Assembly (NCBI GenBank): GCA_963664875.1
Contig: OY761611.1
Coordinates: forward strand, 3,392,001 to 3,456,000
From: Candidatus Kapaibacterium sp.
GTDB taxonomy: Bacteria > Bacteroidota > Ignavibacteria > Kapaibacteriales > UBA2268
Reading direction: 5' to 3'
Length of the DNA: 64,000 nt
Shown here: piece after piece, positions 51,305 through 60,894 of the stretch
How the letters are laid out: each line of letters opens with the position of its first letter
Numbering within the stretch: position 1 is the stretch's first letter
Notes under the pieces: model-generated
What the model saw: only the letters and a program-made list of their open reading frames with translations
What the model was told of the DNA's origin: nothing
The model's database searches: none
Program-made: the position numbers and the translations under genes

Positions 51305-51981
51305 GAAAGTTAATCATTATATTATGTAGTGTAATCATTTTTGTTGCATGTACTTATGAGCAGCATGTATTACAATTACCTGCATATAGATCTTCTGTTA
51401 CTATAGAAAGATATGTAGCTAAGATGAGAGGGTATAAACCTTTTAATACATTGAATGATTCTGTAGGTATGAAAATGGTGTTTGAAAATGTAGGAGCTTC
51501 GAACAAAGCCTACTTTGGAATAACCCTAGAACCAAATGAATTTAAAGTAAAGTCTTCAGATTTAGAAATCAGACTAACTCGATATGTCAGTTTACAAACA
51601 GATAAACCAAATCTTGGACCCCAAAATATTTTTATAAGCCTTAAACAGACAGATACATTATTCAATGCTTTTTTTATTATTTGGGAGCCTGAGCTGGATA
51701 CTGCTTCACCTTACTTTATAGATAATCCTGAATGGCTCAATAGAAAATCACAAAATATTATTACAAATCTAACCAAAGAAGAATTGTTAAAGATAATTCC
51801 TGACATAACAATAGAGAATGTCAAAATGGTATCTTCCAATATCTTTATCAATGACAATATTTCCAGATTAAGGTTGGATTTCTATGAAAATATTCGATTT
51901 GATAATCTTGAACTTGGAATGACTTATGAGTATTGGAATCAGTATAAACGAAATGAAGATATCGGTATAAAATACAGATAG
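51301..51981 (+). CDS. Putative immunity lipoprotein 1
   Basis: 4-nt overlap with the toxin stop; lipobox FVAC; function inferred from position. Confidence 0.6.
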   Translation: MRKLIIILCSVIIFVACTYEQHVLQLPAYRSSVTIERYVAKMRGYKPFNTLNDSVGMKMVFENVGASNKAYFGITLEPNEFKVKSSDLEIRLTRYVSLQTDKPNLGPQNIFISLKQTDTLFNAFFIIWEPELDTASPYFIDNPEWLNRKSQNIITNLTKEELLKIIPDITIENVKMVSSNIFINDNISRLRLDFYENIRFDNLELGMTYEYWNQYKRNEDIGIKYR

Positions 51982-51983
51982 CC

Positions 51984-52425
51984 ACGACCAATGCACCGCC
52001 TACATCGGCAAGGAACTGGACAGAGAAAGCGAACTTGGTGACCACGGAGTGCGTAAAGTAGATTACGGGCTGGGCAGGTTTACTACTATAGATCTAAGGT
52101 CACTGAGCGAGCGCAGCGAGTCGAAGTGTGGGAAAAATACTACGCATGGTCACCGTACCAGTATAGTATGAATAATCCGGTGAGTTTGGTTGATTATTAC
52201 TCAATTTTTCCTTGTTATCAACTATTGCCCTCCTGCATTTGAAGTCAAGGTTAAGAAGGATTAGTCAGCAAATGGTGTGACATTTTCGGTGAAAATTGAG
52301 AATCAGGTATCTCCTAAGTCTGGGAACAAATCCAAATTAGCAAAAAAACAAGAAGAATTAACTAGTAAAGTACAACAAGCTGCAAGTGAGATGACAGAGC
52401 ATGGAAAAGCATTTATTAGCCAATA
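51984..52425 (+). pseudogene. RHS header 2 (insert at 52095-52127) with a deleted/degenerate toxin tip
   Basis: Header frame stops shortly after NNPVSLVDY; a residual frame with an internal TAG ends overlapping the next gene. Confidence 0.65.
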
Positions 52426-53222
52426 AGAATTCTGTTTGGTTGTGTATATTTTTAATTTGGATAACTATTGTAAATAGTTGCTCTAATATAGATAAACCTG
52501 ACAAAAAAAAGTTTGAAATACCTCTAACCGAGTATAAGATTCCTGTTGTTGATAGCCTTAAGCTGTCTGGATATAATATAAGAGGAACAAATTTTGAAGC
52601 AAATTATCGTCACTGGCAAGTATTAACAATTGATTCATATTTAAAAATTAGGCACTATTTTTCCGCCGACAGCATTGCATTTACAAATTGTGACCAAGTC
52701 ATATGCTATCCTACAATTTCTTATTTAATGCAAGAACATCATAATATAAACGAGAAATTAGAAAGTCTTTTGGAATTTAAAGTTCAAAACTTAATTGCTA
52801 TAAAAGAAGAAGACAGTGCTTCATTCAACAAAGCATTTTATATATCATGGCTTAATGAACCACAATTGATTCCTTCGGGCAAGCAAGGTCACCACAGTTG
52901 GTTTACAACCATTTATAGCGATGAAATAGATTCAACAACTTTTGCAGTATTTACAACTTTAGATTCCTTGATATTGAGAAGGATTTATCCCAAATATAAA
53001 GGTCTTATTACTCAAATACATATCGATACTATATTTTTGCCTTTTGTTCAAAGAAATTCTATTGATTACTATCCTGAGATAAAAATTGATTCGTTTTACT
53101 ACAGCAATTGTGTATTACCGCACGAATACTCGAGCAAGTTAAATTGGTTTTCAAAAGAGGCAAGAGATTCACTCAAACTAGAATTAGATTCCATGATGAA
53201 AATAAAATCTATTCATTTTTAG
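52401..53222 (+). CDS. Putative immunity lipoprotein 2
   Basis: Hydrophobic leader ending VNSC; occupies the immunity slot. Confidence 0.55.
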   Translation: MEKHLLANKNSVWLCIFLIWITIVNSCSNIDKPDKKKFEIPLTEYKIPVVDSLKLSGYNIRGTNFEANYRHWQVLTIDSYLKIRHYFSADSIAFTNCDQVICYPTISYLMQEHHNINEKLESLLEFKVQNLIAIKEEDSASFNKAFYISWLNEPQLIPSGKQGHHSWFTTIYSDEIDSTTFAVFTTLDSLILRRIYPKYKGLITQIHIDTIFLPFVQRNSIDYYPEIKIDSFYYSNCVLPHEYSSKLNWFSKEARDSLKLELDSMMKIKSIHF

Positions 53223-53422
53223 GAATATGAGATGTATTGTTTGTCTCTATGCTGAATCAAACCCCAAAAAGCTTGAGTCAATATATAAAAATTTGATTAT
53301 CTTCCATTTGGGAAGCTTGCTCCTGCCATTGGTGGAGACCACGGCGTACGTAAAGTAGATTACGGGCTGGGCAGGTTTACTACGTGTGATCTAAGGTCAC
53401 TGAGCGAGCGCAGCGAGTCGAA

Positions 53423-54088
53423 GTGTGGGGAAAATACTACGCTTGGTCTCCGTACCAGTATAGTCTGAATAATCCGGTGAGTTTTTTGGATGAGAATGGG
53501 AAGGATTTTGGTTTTGTAGTTAAGCCAACTGAAGGAGCAAATTTTGGACATACGTATTTATATTTTCAAGACAAACAGGGACAATGGTATAGATATGATC
53601 AGGGCAATTATGAAAACAGAGCTCCGTCAGGTGGTCGGGCAACTGTTACAGGCAAGGACTATGATGCAACTGTAAAAATTGATCCTGTAGATGGAGTGCC
53701 TGATGATGCAATATTATTTAAGACAACTGAAAATCAAGATAAGGCAATTAGTGAAAGTGCGTTTATGTCTCAATATTTGCACAATAATGATTACTTACCT
53801 TATAATCTGTATCACAATAATTGCACAGATGCAGCCGTAGATGTTATATTGGATGCTATATACAACGGTACTAGTGTCAATATTTTTAATCCTTGGGATA
53901 TGCCTGCTCCTAATACATGGTTCAAATATTTGAAAGAAGAAATCAAAAAAGGAACTCAAAAGACAGATTTTAGGGATTTGGATAAAACAGTAGATTCTCT
54001 TGAAGAAATGGAAGAGCAGTTACCACAACAAAAGAGCGTTGCCCCTCAAGACAATACAGCAGTAAAAAAGCAGGAGATTAAACAATGA
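53423..54088 (+). CDS. Orphan RHS toxin tip 3, permuted papain-like (His...NC) fold; header at 53288-53505, insert at 53392-53424
   Basis: DENGK, then FGHTYL and YNLYHNNCTDA. Confidence 0.65.
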   Translation: MWGKYYAWSPYQYSLNNPVSFLDENGKDFGFVVKPTEGANFGHTYLYFQDKQGQWYRYDQGNYENRAPSGGRATVTGKDYDATVKIDPVDGVPDDAILFKTTENQDKAISESAFMSQYLHNNDYLPYNLYHNNCTDAAVDVILDAIYNGTSVNIFNPWDMPAPNTWFKYLKEEIKKGTQKTDFRDLDKTVDSLEEMEEQLPQQKSVAPQDNTAVKKQEIKQ

Positions 54089-54579
54089 TTAGTTATACTA
54101 AAATAGTATTTTGTTTTGGCATTATTGTTTTTCTCTTATCAACGTCTTGCCAATCAGACAGACAAAAAGCTGATATTAATATAGATACTATTTTTGATTA
54201 TAGTAATTACTTGATTCAATATAGTTTAGAAGCTAATGAAATAGAACAACTGAAAGATAAATTTTATAATGATTTAGGTTATAAATCAAGAATAAGAGGT
54301 AAATTAAAGTTGTTATTGTTGAATGATTCACTTGTTACAATAGATAAAAATGATATCGTAATAAAACTCGATAGTCATAGATTTTCTATAAATACTGACT
54401 ATGCAGATATATTTAAAGGACCTGGAAGCATAGATTTAAAGAAAGATATCAATTATTCTATAGAATGTTTCTGGTATTTCGATGATACATTATTATTGAA
54501 TGATATTAAAAAGATTAGACTCGGAGATGTAAAATATGGAGAGTCACATATTAGAATTAAAGAGAAACTAACAAAATAA
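54085..54579 (+). CDS. Putative immunity lipoprotein 3
   Basis: ATGA overlap with the toxin stop; lipobox STSC. Confidence 0.6.
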   Translation: MISYTKIVFCFGIIVFLLSTSCQSDRQKADINIDTIFDYSNYLIQYSLEANEIEQLKDKFYNDLGYKSRIRGKLKLLLLNDSLVTIDKNDIVIKLDSHRFSINTDYADIFKGPGSIDLKKDINYSIECFWYFDDTLLLNDIKKIRLGDVKYGESHIRIKEKLTK

Positions 54580-54653
54580 TCTATCAGTAAGATTATGGAT
54601 GATTATTATAATCAAACCCCAAAAAGCTTGAGTCTTACTATTAGAAAATCGAA

Positions 54654-55442
54654 AAATTTGATTATCTTCCATTTGGAAAGCTTGCTCCTGCCATTGGTGG
54701 CGACCACGGCGTCCGTAAAGTAGATTACGGGCTGGGCAGGTTTACTACTATAGATCCACTGTGGGAGAAATATTATGCGTGGTCACCGTACCAGTATAGT
54801 ATGAATAATCCGGTGAGTTTGGCGGATAGGAATGGGAAGGATATTTATTTAGTAATGTGGAAGACAGATTCAGATAACTGGGGACATGCGGGACTAGCGT
54901 ATGATATCAAAGATGCGAATGGAAATCCAACGGGGACATATGCATACATGGATCTTTGGCCAACGGAAAGTATAGGTATGTTCAATTACGATGAAGACGT
55001 TACTCCATATTACCAAGGCGTAGGACTGAATGACTTGACAAAAATAGATAAAAATGATTTTGATAATTCTAGTAATGATGATATTCAAGAGCACAAGCCA
55101 TCTTATCCTGATGGAATTATAAAAATTCCTACAAATACAGAAGATGAAAAGAAAATTTTGCAAAAAGCTGCTTCTTTTCAAAACGACAACAAGTCTTACA
55201 ATAGTGAAAGTTGGAATTGCAGTTCTTTTGTGTCAACTTTAATTCAGCAAGCTTATCCAAATTTTTTAGCAATAGAGTACATTAAGTGGTCGAAAATGTT
55301 TGTATCTACCCCTCATAAATTATTTCAGAGTGCAAAAAAAATTGAAGGGGCTGAGGTCATTAAAGATCCTTGTGAAGATGTGCAAGAAGGATTTGAAAAT
55401 GCTACGTCAGCAAAATCAAAAAAATCGAAAAAGAAAGAATAG
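54654..55442 (+). CDS. Orphan RHS toxin tip 4 with an uninterrupted header, permuted papain-like fold (no start codon before ATG 54801)
   Basis: Open frame KFDYLPFGKLAPAIGGDHGVRK...TTIDPLWEK...DRNGK; WGHAGL and YNSESWNCSSFV. Confidence 0.65.
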   Translation, partial: KFDYLPFGKLAPAIGGDHGVRKVDYGLGRFTTIDPLWEKYYAWSPYQYSMNNPVSLADRNGKDIYLVMWKTDSDNWGHAGLAYDIKDANGNPTGTYAYMDLWPTESIGMFNYDEDVTPYYQGVGLNDLTKIDKNDFDNSSNDDIQEHKPSYPDGIIKIPTNTEDEKKILQKAASFQNDNKSYNSESWNCSSFVSTLIQQAYPNFLAIEYIKWSKMFVSTPHKLFQSAKKIEGAEVIKDPCEDVQEGFENATSAKSKKSKKKE

Positions 55443-55468
55443 CATACTTAAAATAATTAGGATAAAAT

Positions 55469-55927
55469 ATGAAAATAGTAGCAATAGTTATAACATTAAT
55501 AGCTTTAATTATTTTGTGTTTGTTATGTTACAAATCAAGGTATTCTAATATTTTTGATATAATACCTTTGAAAAGAAATGAGATTGTAAAAATTGAAATT
55601 AAATACATTATACGTCAGAAAATTGATAGTATGATGTATAAAAGTCAATACCAATTTTATGAAAAAAAGAAGTTTAGTTTAGTTGTATATGAGCAAAGTT
55701 TGCAGGATAGTATATATTACAATGCCAATATCAAACAAGATATAAAGAGATCTATGTTTAATATACGTTCTATAATTGTAATTAATGATAGTATTTCTAT
55801 AAATCTAGCTCCACAAGGCTGGAGTTTATGCAGAATAAATGGTAATCAATATAAAATAGATAATAATATTTACAATGTATTGCAAAAAATAGTTACATCA
55901 AATACTGAACACATTCCTTTCTTTTAG
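55469..55927 (+). CDS. Putative immunity protein 4 (N-terminal membrane anchor)
   Basis: Hydrophobic N-terminus; follows the toxin; very AT-rich. Confidence 0.55.
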   Translation: MKIVAIVITLIALIILCLLCYKSRYSNIFDIIPLKRNEIVKIEIKYIIRQKIDSMMYKSQYQFYEKKKFSLVVYEQSLQDSIYYNANIKQDIKRSMFNIRSIIVINDSISINLAPQGWSLCRINGNQYKIDNNIYNVLQKIVTSNTEHIPFF

Positions 55928-56135
55928 GGACTAAAAAAATAGTAGATCATGTTAATCTTAGTTAGATTTAAAAGGTCGAATATAATAAATATCATAACAA
56001 GACTCATGCTATAACCCAGCTTGAGTTTTTTTAGTAGGTAGCAAACCGAAAAATTTGATTATCTTCCATTCACCTAAAAAAATATCACAAAACTTCGGAG
56101 CTCACCTCTCAGATAACTCAAATACGACTTAAGAT

Positions 56136-57353
56136 TTAAAAGAGTCTGATGCCTAATGCCATGCCAAACCAGTCTCTGGTCCAATGATGATCGTTCCTGT
56201 AAACGGGGTTGCCTTTGTCGGTAAAGTTCGAACCGTCGTTGATGATTGAATAGTAAAAATTGAAGGTTGGGCCGGCAAAAACTTTTATACCGTTTGTCAG
56301 CTTGAAACCTGCCACTACGTGAGTTCGGGTGATAAAGTGCAGTTCATTTGTCCAAAAGCCTTTGTCCGGTTCGTTGATGTGCTCGGCACTCTGCCCGGCT
56401 TCTATATAAAACCTGTCGCTCAGCTCAGCGTTTACTGCCCAAGTAAAACCAAGCAGCCATCTGTCTTTATCTTCCTGATCTATACCAAAATAAGCTATAT
56501 TTACAAATTTGTCGTTACCGGAAACGATGCCGACTCGTGCTATTTTATTCTCATCTGTCCAAATTGACAAATCAACTCCGGTTTCGCCGACAAAAGAGAA
56601 AATTCCAAGCGAAGCACCATCGTTTGAAGCGGCTATGTTGATAGGAGCTACCTGCACTCCCGACATATCTTCTGCTACATTGACAATACCGGAAATCTGC
56701 ATACCTGTAAAGTCAGCAGCAGAGCTTGCTATACCGGAAATCTGCATACCTATGCCGTCGGATGCGGAGCTGTTAATTCCCGATATTTGAATTCCGTTCA
56801 TTCCGTCCGCCACAGTGTTGCTTATGCCTGCCACCTGTATCCCGTTCAAATTTGATTCTATATTATTTGCAACAGATGCAATCTGCACTCCTTGGGTAAA
56901 GCCGGTACTCAAATTGAAAATACCTGCCACCTGAATACCGAGCATTTCCGCATGATTAACATTAGTAATGCCTGCTATCTGAATGCCGTTGAGCCCAAGG
57001 TGGCTGATGTTTACTATGCTGGCATTCTGGATGCCACGCACAAATCCCTCAGCTCTATTGCCTATTCCCGAGATCTGAATACCTGTAACATCTTCGCGAT
57101 AGTGATTCCAGATGAGACCATACTCTATGCCTTCCAGCTTGTAAGCCGAACCTACGATATTCAGCGATATATGATTGACTATTCTGCCGTATGGGTAAAC
57201 GATTTCGCCCACGGAAAGGCCGGGCATGATAGAAAAATTGACAGGCATATATTTGTATCTTGCAGGCGTGGCAGTGTTGAGCTTTATTTCATGATCCTGA
57301 GCCTGCGAGGCGATGCCTATCATTACTAAAAATATGAGAATGTATTTTACCAT
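56136..57353 (-). CDS. Secreted/surface repeat protein (LA_2272-like GxQIxGIxN repeats)
   Basis: Signal peptide; about 10 repeats; C-terminal GIRLF. Confidence 0.7.
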   Translation of the reverse strand: MVKYILIFLVMIGIASQAQDHEIKLNTATPARYKYMPVNFSIMPGLSVGEIVYPYGRIVNHISLNIVGSAYKLEGIEYGLIWNHYREDVTGIQISGIGNRAEGFVRGIQNASIVNISHLGLNGIQIAGITNVNHAEMLGIQVAGIFNLSTGFTQGVQIASVANNIESNLNGIQVAGISNTVADGMNGIQISGINSSASDGIGMQISGIASSAADFTGMQISGIVNVAEDMSGVQVAPINIAASNDGASLGIFSFVGETGVDLSIWTDENKIARVGIVSGNDKFVNIAYFGIDQEDKDRWLLGFTWAVNAELSDRFYIEAGQSAEHINEPDKGFWTNELHFITRTHVVAGFKLTNGIKVFAGPTFNFYYSIINDGSNFTDKGNPVYRNDHHWTRDWFGMALGIRLF

Positions 57354-57556
57354 TTGGTCTTAGAGCATTTCCGTATAAAAAAATTGAAAAAATAGAAAAA
57401 ACCGAGCCAATTTTCAAATAGATTTGGTTTTTAATTCCATTTCAAGTAATTTTTGATTTCTTGGGTTTAATATGGTCAAAACGGTTTTTCAAATTCCGTT
57501 CAATCTGCACCATAAGGGAAATATTTTTTGTTAAATAAATAGAAAGACAAATACTA

Positions 57557-59566
57557 ATGGAATTTGGTATTAGAAACGTTATTTTTATCGTTTTGTTTCT
57601 TGCTGCTATGGGTTTTCTCGGAGAAAATATCCATAGACTAATCTCATATCTCAAAACAGCCAAGCAGGAAAACAAAACTGACAGAATTTTAGACAGAATC
57701 AAAAAGACATTGAACGTAGCACTTTTTCAGTCTAAAATCATGCGCGACCCCGTAGCCGGGCCTATTCACGCCGGCATATTTTGGGGTTTCCTTGTGCTGA
57801 TGTTTTCTGCGGCAAGCTCCATCATGGAAGGCTTCGGCGTCAGACATTTCTTTGATTTTATGGGACCGGTCTGGACTCTGATTACTCTATCTACCGATAT
57901 TTTTATCCCTGTGGTCATTGTGGCAGTAATTTGGGCTGCCCAGAGAAGATTTATTCTTAAAGAAAAGAGATTGCAGGTAGAAGGAGAAGCAGGCGAGGCA
58001 GCTCTAATATTGGCTATGATTTTTACTATCGTTACTTCTCTGATGCTCGAAAATGCTGCTAACATCAAAATGGGCATAGACGCTCAGCATGCCTTGAGAC
58101 CTTTTGCGGGCATTATCGCAGGATTCCTTTCTGCTGATATAGCTCCCTATATTCATGAAGTTGGTTTCTGGCTGCATATCGGTGTGATTATGGCATTTAT
58201 GAACTTTTTGCCTTACTCAAAACACCTTCACGTTTATACCTCAATTCCGAATGTATTTATATCGTCTATAGAGTACCCTAATAAACTCGAAAAGATGAAT
58301 TTCGAAGATGAAAATCTAACTAAATATGGTATAGTTGATATCGACGATTTGAATTGGAAATCGATGATGGACGGCTATTCATGTACCCACTGCGGTAGAT
58401 GTACCAGCGTTTGCCCGGCTAATCTTACAGGTAAGCAGCTCGATCCGAGAGAAATAATTGTTCAGGTTAGGGAGCGTACTTTCGACATTGGTGACATACT
58501 TGTCAAAAAACAAAAATTCGGCGAAGATGTTGAGCTTTCTGATATAGAGCAGCAAAAACTTGCTAAAACATTTGTAGGCGAATATCAAAATATCGACGCC
58601 ATTTGGCAATGCACTACTTGTGGTGCTTGTATGCAGGAATGTCCGGTTTCTATCGAGCATGTACCTGTTATAGTTGGTATGCGAAGAAATCTTGCAATGA
58701 TGGAAGCGAATTTTTCGCCTGAGCTTCAAACCACTTTTGGCAATTTGGAAACAAATTCTACTCCTTGGGCTTTTTCCTCAGCCGAACGTGCTGACTGGGC
58801 TGAAGGCTTGGAAATACCGACAGCAGCAGACACTCCTGATTTCGATATACTCTTTTGGGTAGGCTGTGCTGGTAGCTATGACGACAGAGCAAAAAAAATC
58901 TCTGTTGCCTTTTCTAAACTGATGCAAAAAGCAGGAGTCAACTTTGCTATATTAGGCACAGAAGAAGCCTGCAACGGCGATGTCGCACGCAGAGCCGGCA
59001 ATGAGTACCTTGCTAATATGCTGATAACAATGAACATGGAAACTCTCACACGCTACAATGTCAAAAAAATAGTAACTATATGCCCTCACTGCTTCAATAC
59101 ATTCAGAAATGAATATAAGGACTTTGGTGGCGAGTTCGAGGTAGTGCATCATACAGAATTTTTGAATCAGCTGATAAAAGACGGTAAACTCACAATCAAA
59201 GCCGGTAGCAAAATGGAAATAGCATACCATGACTCTTGCTATCTCGGCAGATATAATGACGTTTACGAAGCACCTCGCAACGTAATCGAAAGCGTGCCCG
59301 GGCTAAACATACTCGAAGCCGACAGACACCACGACAGAGGTCTTTGCTGCGGTGCCGGTGGTGGCCAGATGTTTATGGAAGAAACAGAAGGCAAGCGTGT
59401 AAATATTGAAAGAACCGAAGAACTTTTAGCTACCGGAGCAACTACAATAGCTGCTAACTGCCCATTCTGCATGACAATGATCAGCGATGGTGTAAAATCG
59501 AAAGACAAAGATGAAGAAGTAAAAGTTTTGGATATCGCAGAAATACTATTAGAACAAGTAGAGTAG
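57557..59566 (+). CDS. Membrane-bound Fe-S oxidoreductase (HdrD/FadF-like, CCG domains)
   Basis: TM domain with PYSKHLH; CTHCGRC...CP, CTTCGAC...CP; WVGC, CPHC, YHDSCYLGR, CCGAGGG, CPFC. Confidence 0.88.
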   Translation: MEFGIRNVIFIVLFLAAMGFLGENIHRLISYLKTAKQENKTDRILDRIKKTLNVALFQSKIMRDPVAGPIHAGIFWGFLVLMFSAASSIMEGFGVRHFFDFMGPVWTLITLSTDIFIPVVIVAVIWAAQRRFILKEKRLQVEGEAGEAALILAMIFTIVTSLMLENAANIKMGIDAQHALRPFAGIIAGFLSADIAPYIHEVGFWLHIGVIMAFMNFLPYSKHLHVYTSIPNVFISSIEYPNKLEKMNFEDENLTKYGIVDIDDLNWKSMMDGYSCTHCGRCTSVCPANLTGKQLDPREIIVQVRERTFDIGDILVKKQKFGEDVELSDIEQQKLAKTFVGEYQNIDAIWQCTTCGACMQECPVSIEHVPVIVGMRRNLAMMEANFSPELQTTFGNLETNSTPWAFSSAERADWAEGLEIPTAADTPDFDILFWVGCAGSYDDRAKKISVAFSKLMQKAGVNFAILGTEEACNGDVARRAGNEYLANMLITMNMETLTRYNVKKIVTICPHCFNTFRNEYKDFGGEFEVVHHTEFLNQLIKDGKLTIKAGSKMEIAYHDSCYLGRYNDVYEAPRNVIESVPGLNILEADRHHDRGLCCGAGGGQMFMEETEGKRVNIERTEELLATGATTIAANCPFCMTMISDGVKSKDKDEEVKVLDIAEILLEQVE

Positions 59567-59682
59567 AAATAGTATTTCACTTACATAATCCGGTACTTAT
59601 GTTTATAGCATAATATCTTCTGATAAAGAAGTAAACACCGTCAAATATATTATTGCAAAATAGCAAAAATATGTTTATTTTT

Positions 59683-59718
59683 TAAGCACTGAGTAGTTAA
59701 TTCTACTCAGTGCTTTTT
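59683..59718 (+). terminator. Rho-independent terminator
   Basis: aagcactgagtag-ttaatt-ctactcagtgcttttt. Confidence 0.75.
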
Positions 59719-59749
59719 ATAATTTGGAGAACCAACCAATGCGAAATAT

Positions 59750-60803
59750 TTTTCAATTTAACTATTTATCTACACTGCTACTTAAAAGGAATTTATAATT
59801 TTATAAAAATATATAGTTTGACGAATTGACAAAAAAGAGAGGCTGAAAGCCTCAAAATAGATTAGCCCATGGCAACGCCATGGGTATAAGGCATCAAAAA
59901 AATTAGAGCCCTGAAAGGGCGGGAAGAAATGGCATGGCACACTCTTTAGGGTGTCCCGGGGCGATGCCCCTAGCTAATATCTTTCAGCCTTACAGACTGT
60001 ATGCAGAGTCCTTTTCAATTTGACAATTTATCCGCTCTGCTACTTAAATTGAATTTATAATTTTATAAAAAAATATATAGTTTGACGAATTGACAAAAAA
60101 GAGAGGCTGAAAGCCTCAAAAGAGATTAGCCCATGGCAACGCCATGGGTATAAGGCATCAAAAAAAATTAGAGCCCTGAAAGGGCGGGAAGAAATGGCAT
60201 GGCACACTCTTTAGGGTGTCCCGGGGCGATGCCCCTAGCTAATATCTTTCAGCCTTTCAGGCTGTATGCACAGTCCTTTTCAATTTGACAATTTATCCGC
60301 TCTGCTACTTAAATTGAATTTATAATTTTATAAAAAAATATATAGTTTGACGAATTGACAAAAAAGAGAGGCTGAAAGCCTCAAAAGAGATTAGCCCATG
60401 GCAACGCCATGGGTATAAGGCATCAAAAAAATTAGAGCCCTGAAAGGGCGGGAAGAAATGGCATGTCACACTCTTTAGGTGTCCCGGGGCGATGCCCCTA
60501 GCTAATATCTTTCAGCCTTTCAGGCTGTATGCAGAGTCCTTTTCAATTTAACTATTTATCTGCTCTGCTAGTAAAAGGAATTTATAATTTTATAAAAAAA
60601 TATATAGTTTGACGAATTGACAAAAAAGAGAGGCTGAAAGCCTCAAAAGAGATTAGCCCATGGCAACGCCATGGGTATAAGGCATTAAAATAAATTAGAG
60701 TCCTGAAAGGGCGGGAAGAAATGGCATGGCACACTCTTTAGGGTGTCCCGGGGCGATACCCCTAGCTAATATCTTTCAGCCTTTCAGGCTGTATGCAGAG
60801 TCC
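59750..60803 (+). repeat. Tandem array of four ~264-bp internally deleted copies of the adjacent tnpA element
   Basis: Units start at about 59750, 60012, 60277 and 60540; a fifth start at 60804 runs into tnpA. Each unit is AT-rich leader + three hairpins + 16 nt of tnpA + right-end hairpins. Confidence 0.92.
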
Positions 60804-60894
60804 TTTTCAATTTAACTATTTATCTGCTCTGCTATTTAAAAGGAATTTATAATTTTATAAAAAAATATATAGTTTGACGAATTGACAAAAAAGA

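Noticed and set aside
59934-60023. 29-aa peptide MAHSLGCPGAMPLANIFQP..LYAESFSI in the repeat units
   Set aside because: By-product of the tnpA start fused to the right end; unit 3 has a frameshifting deletion
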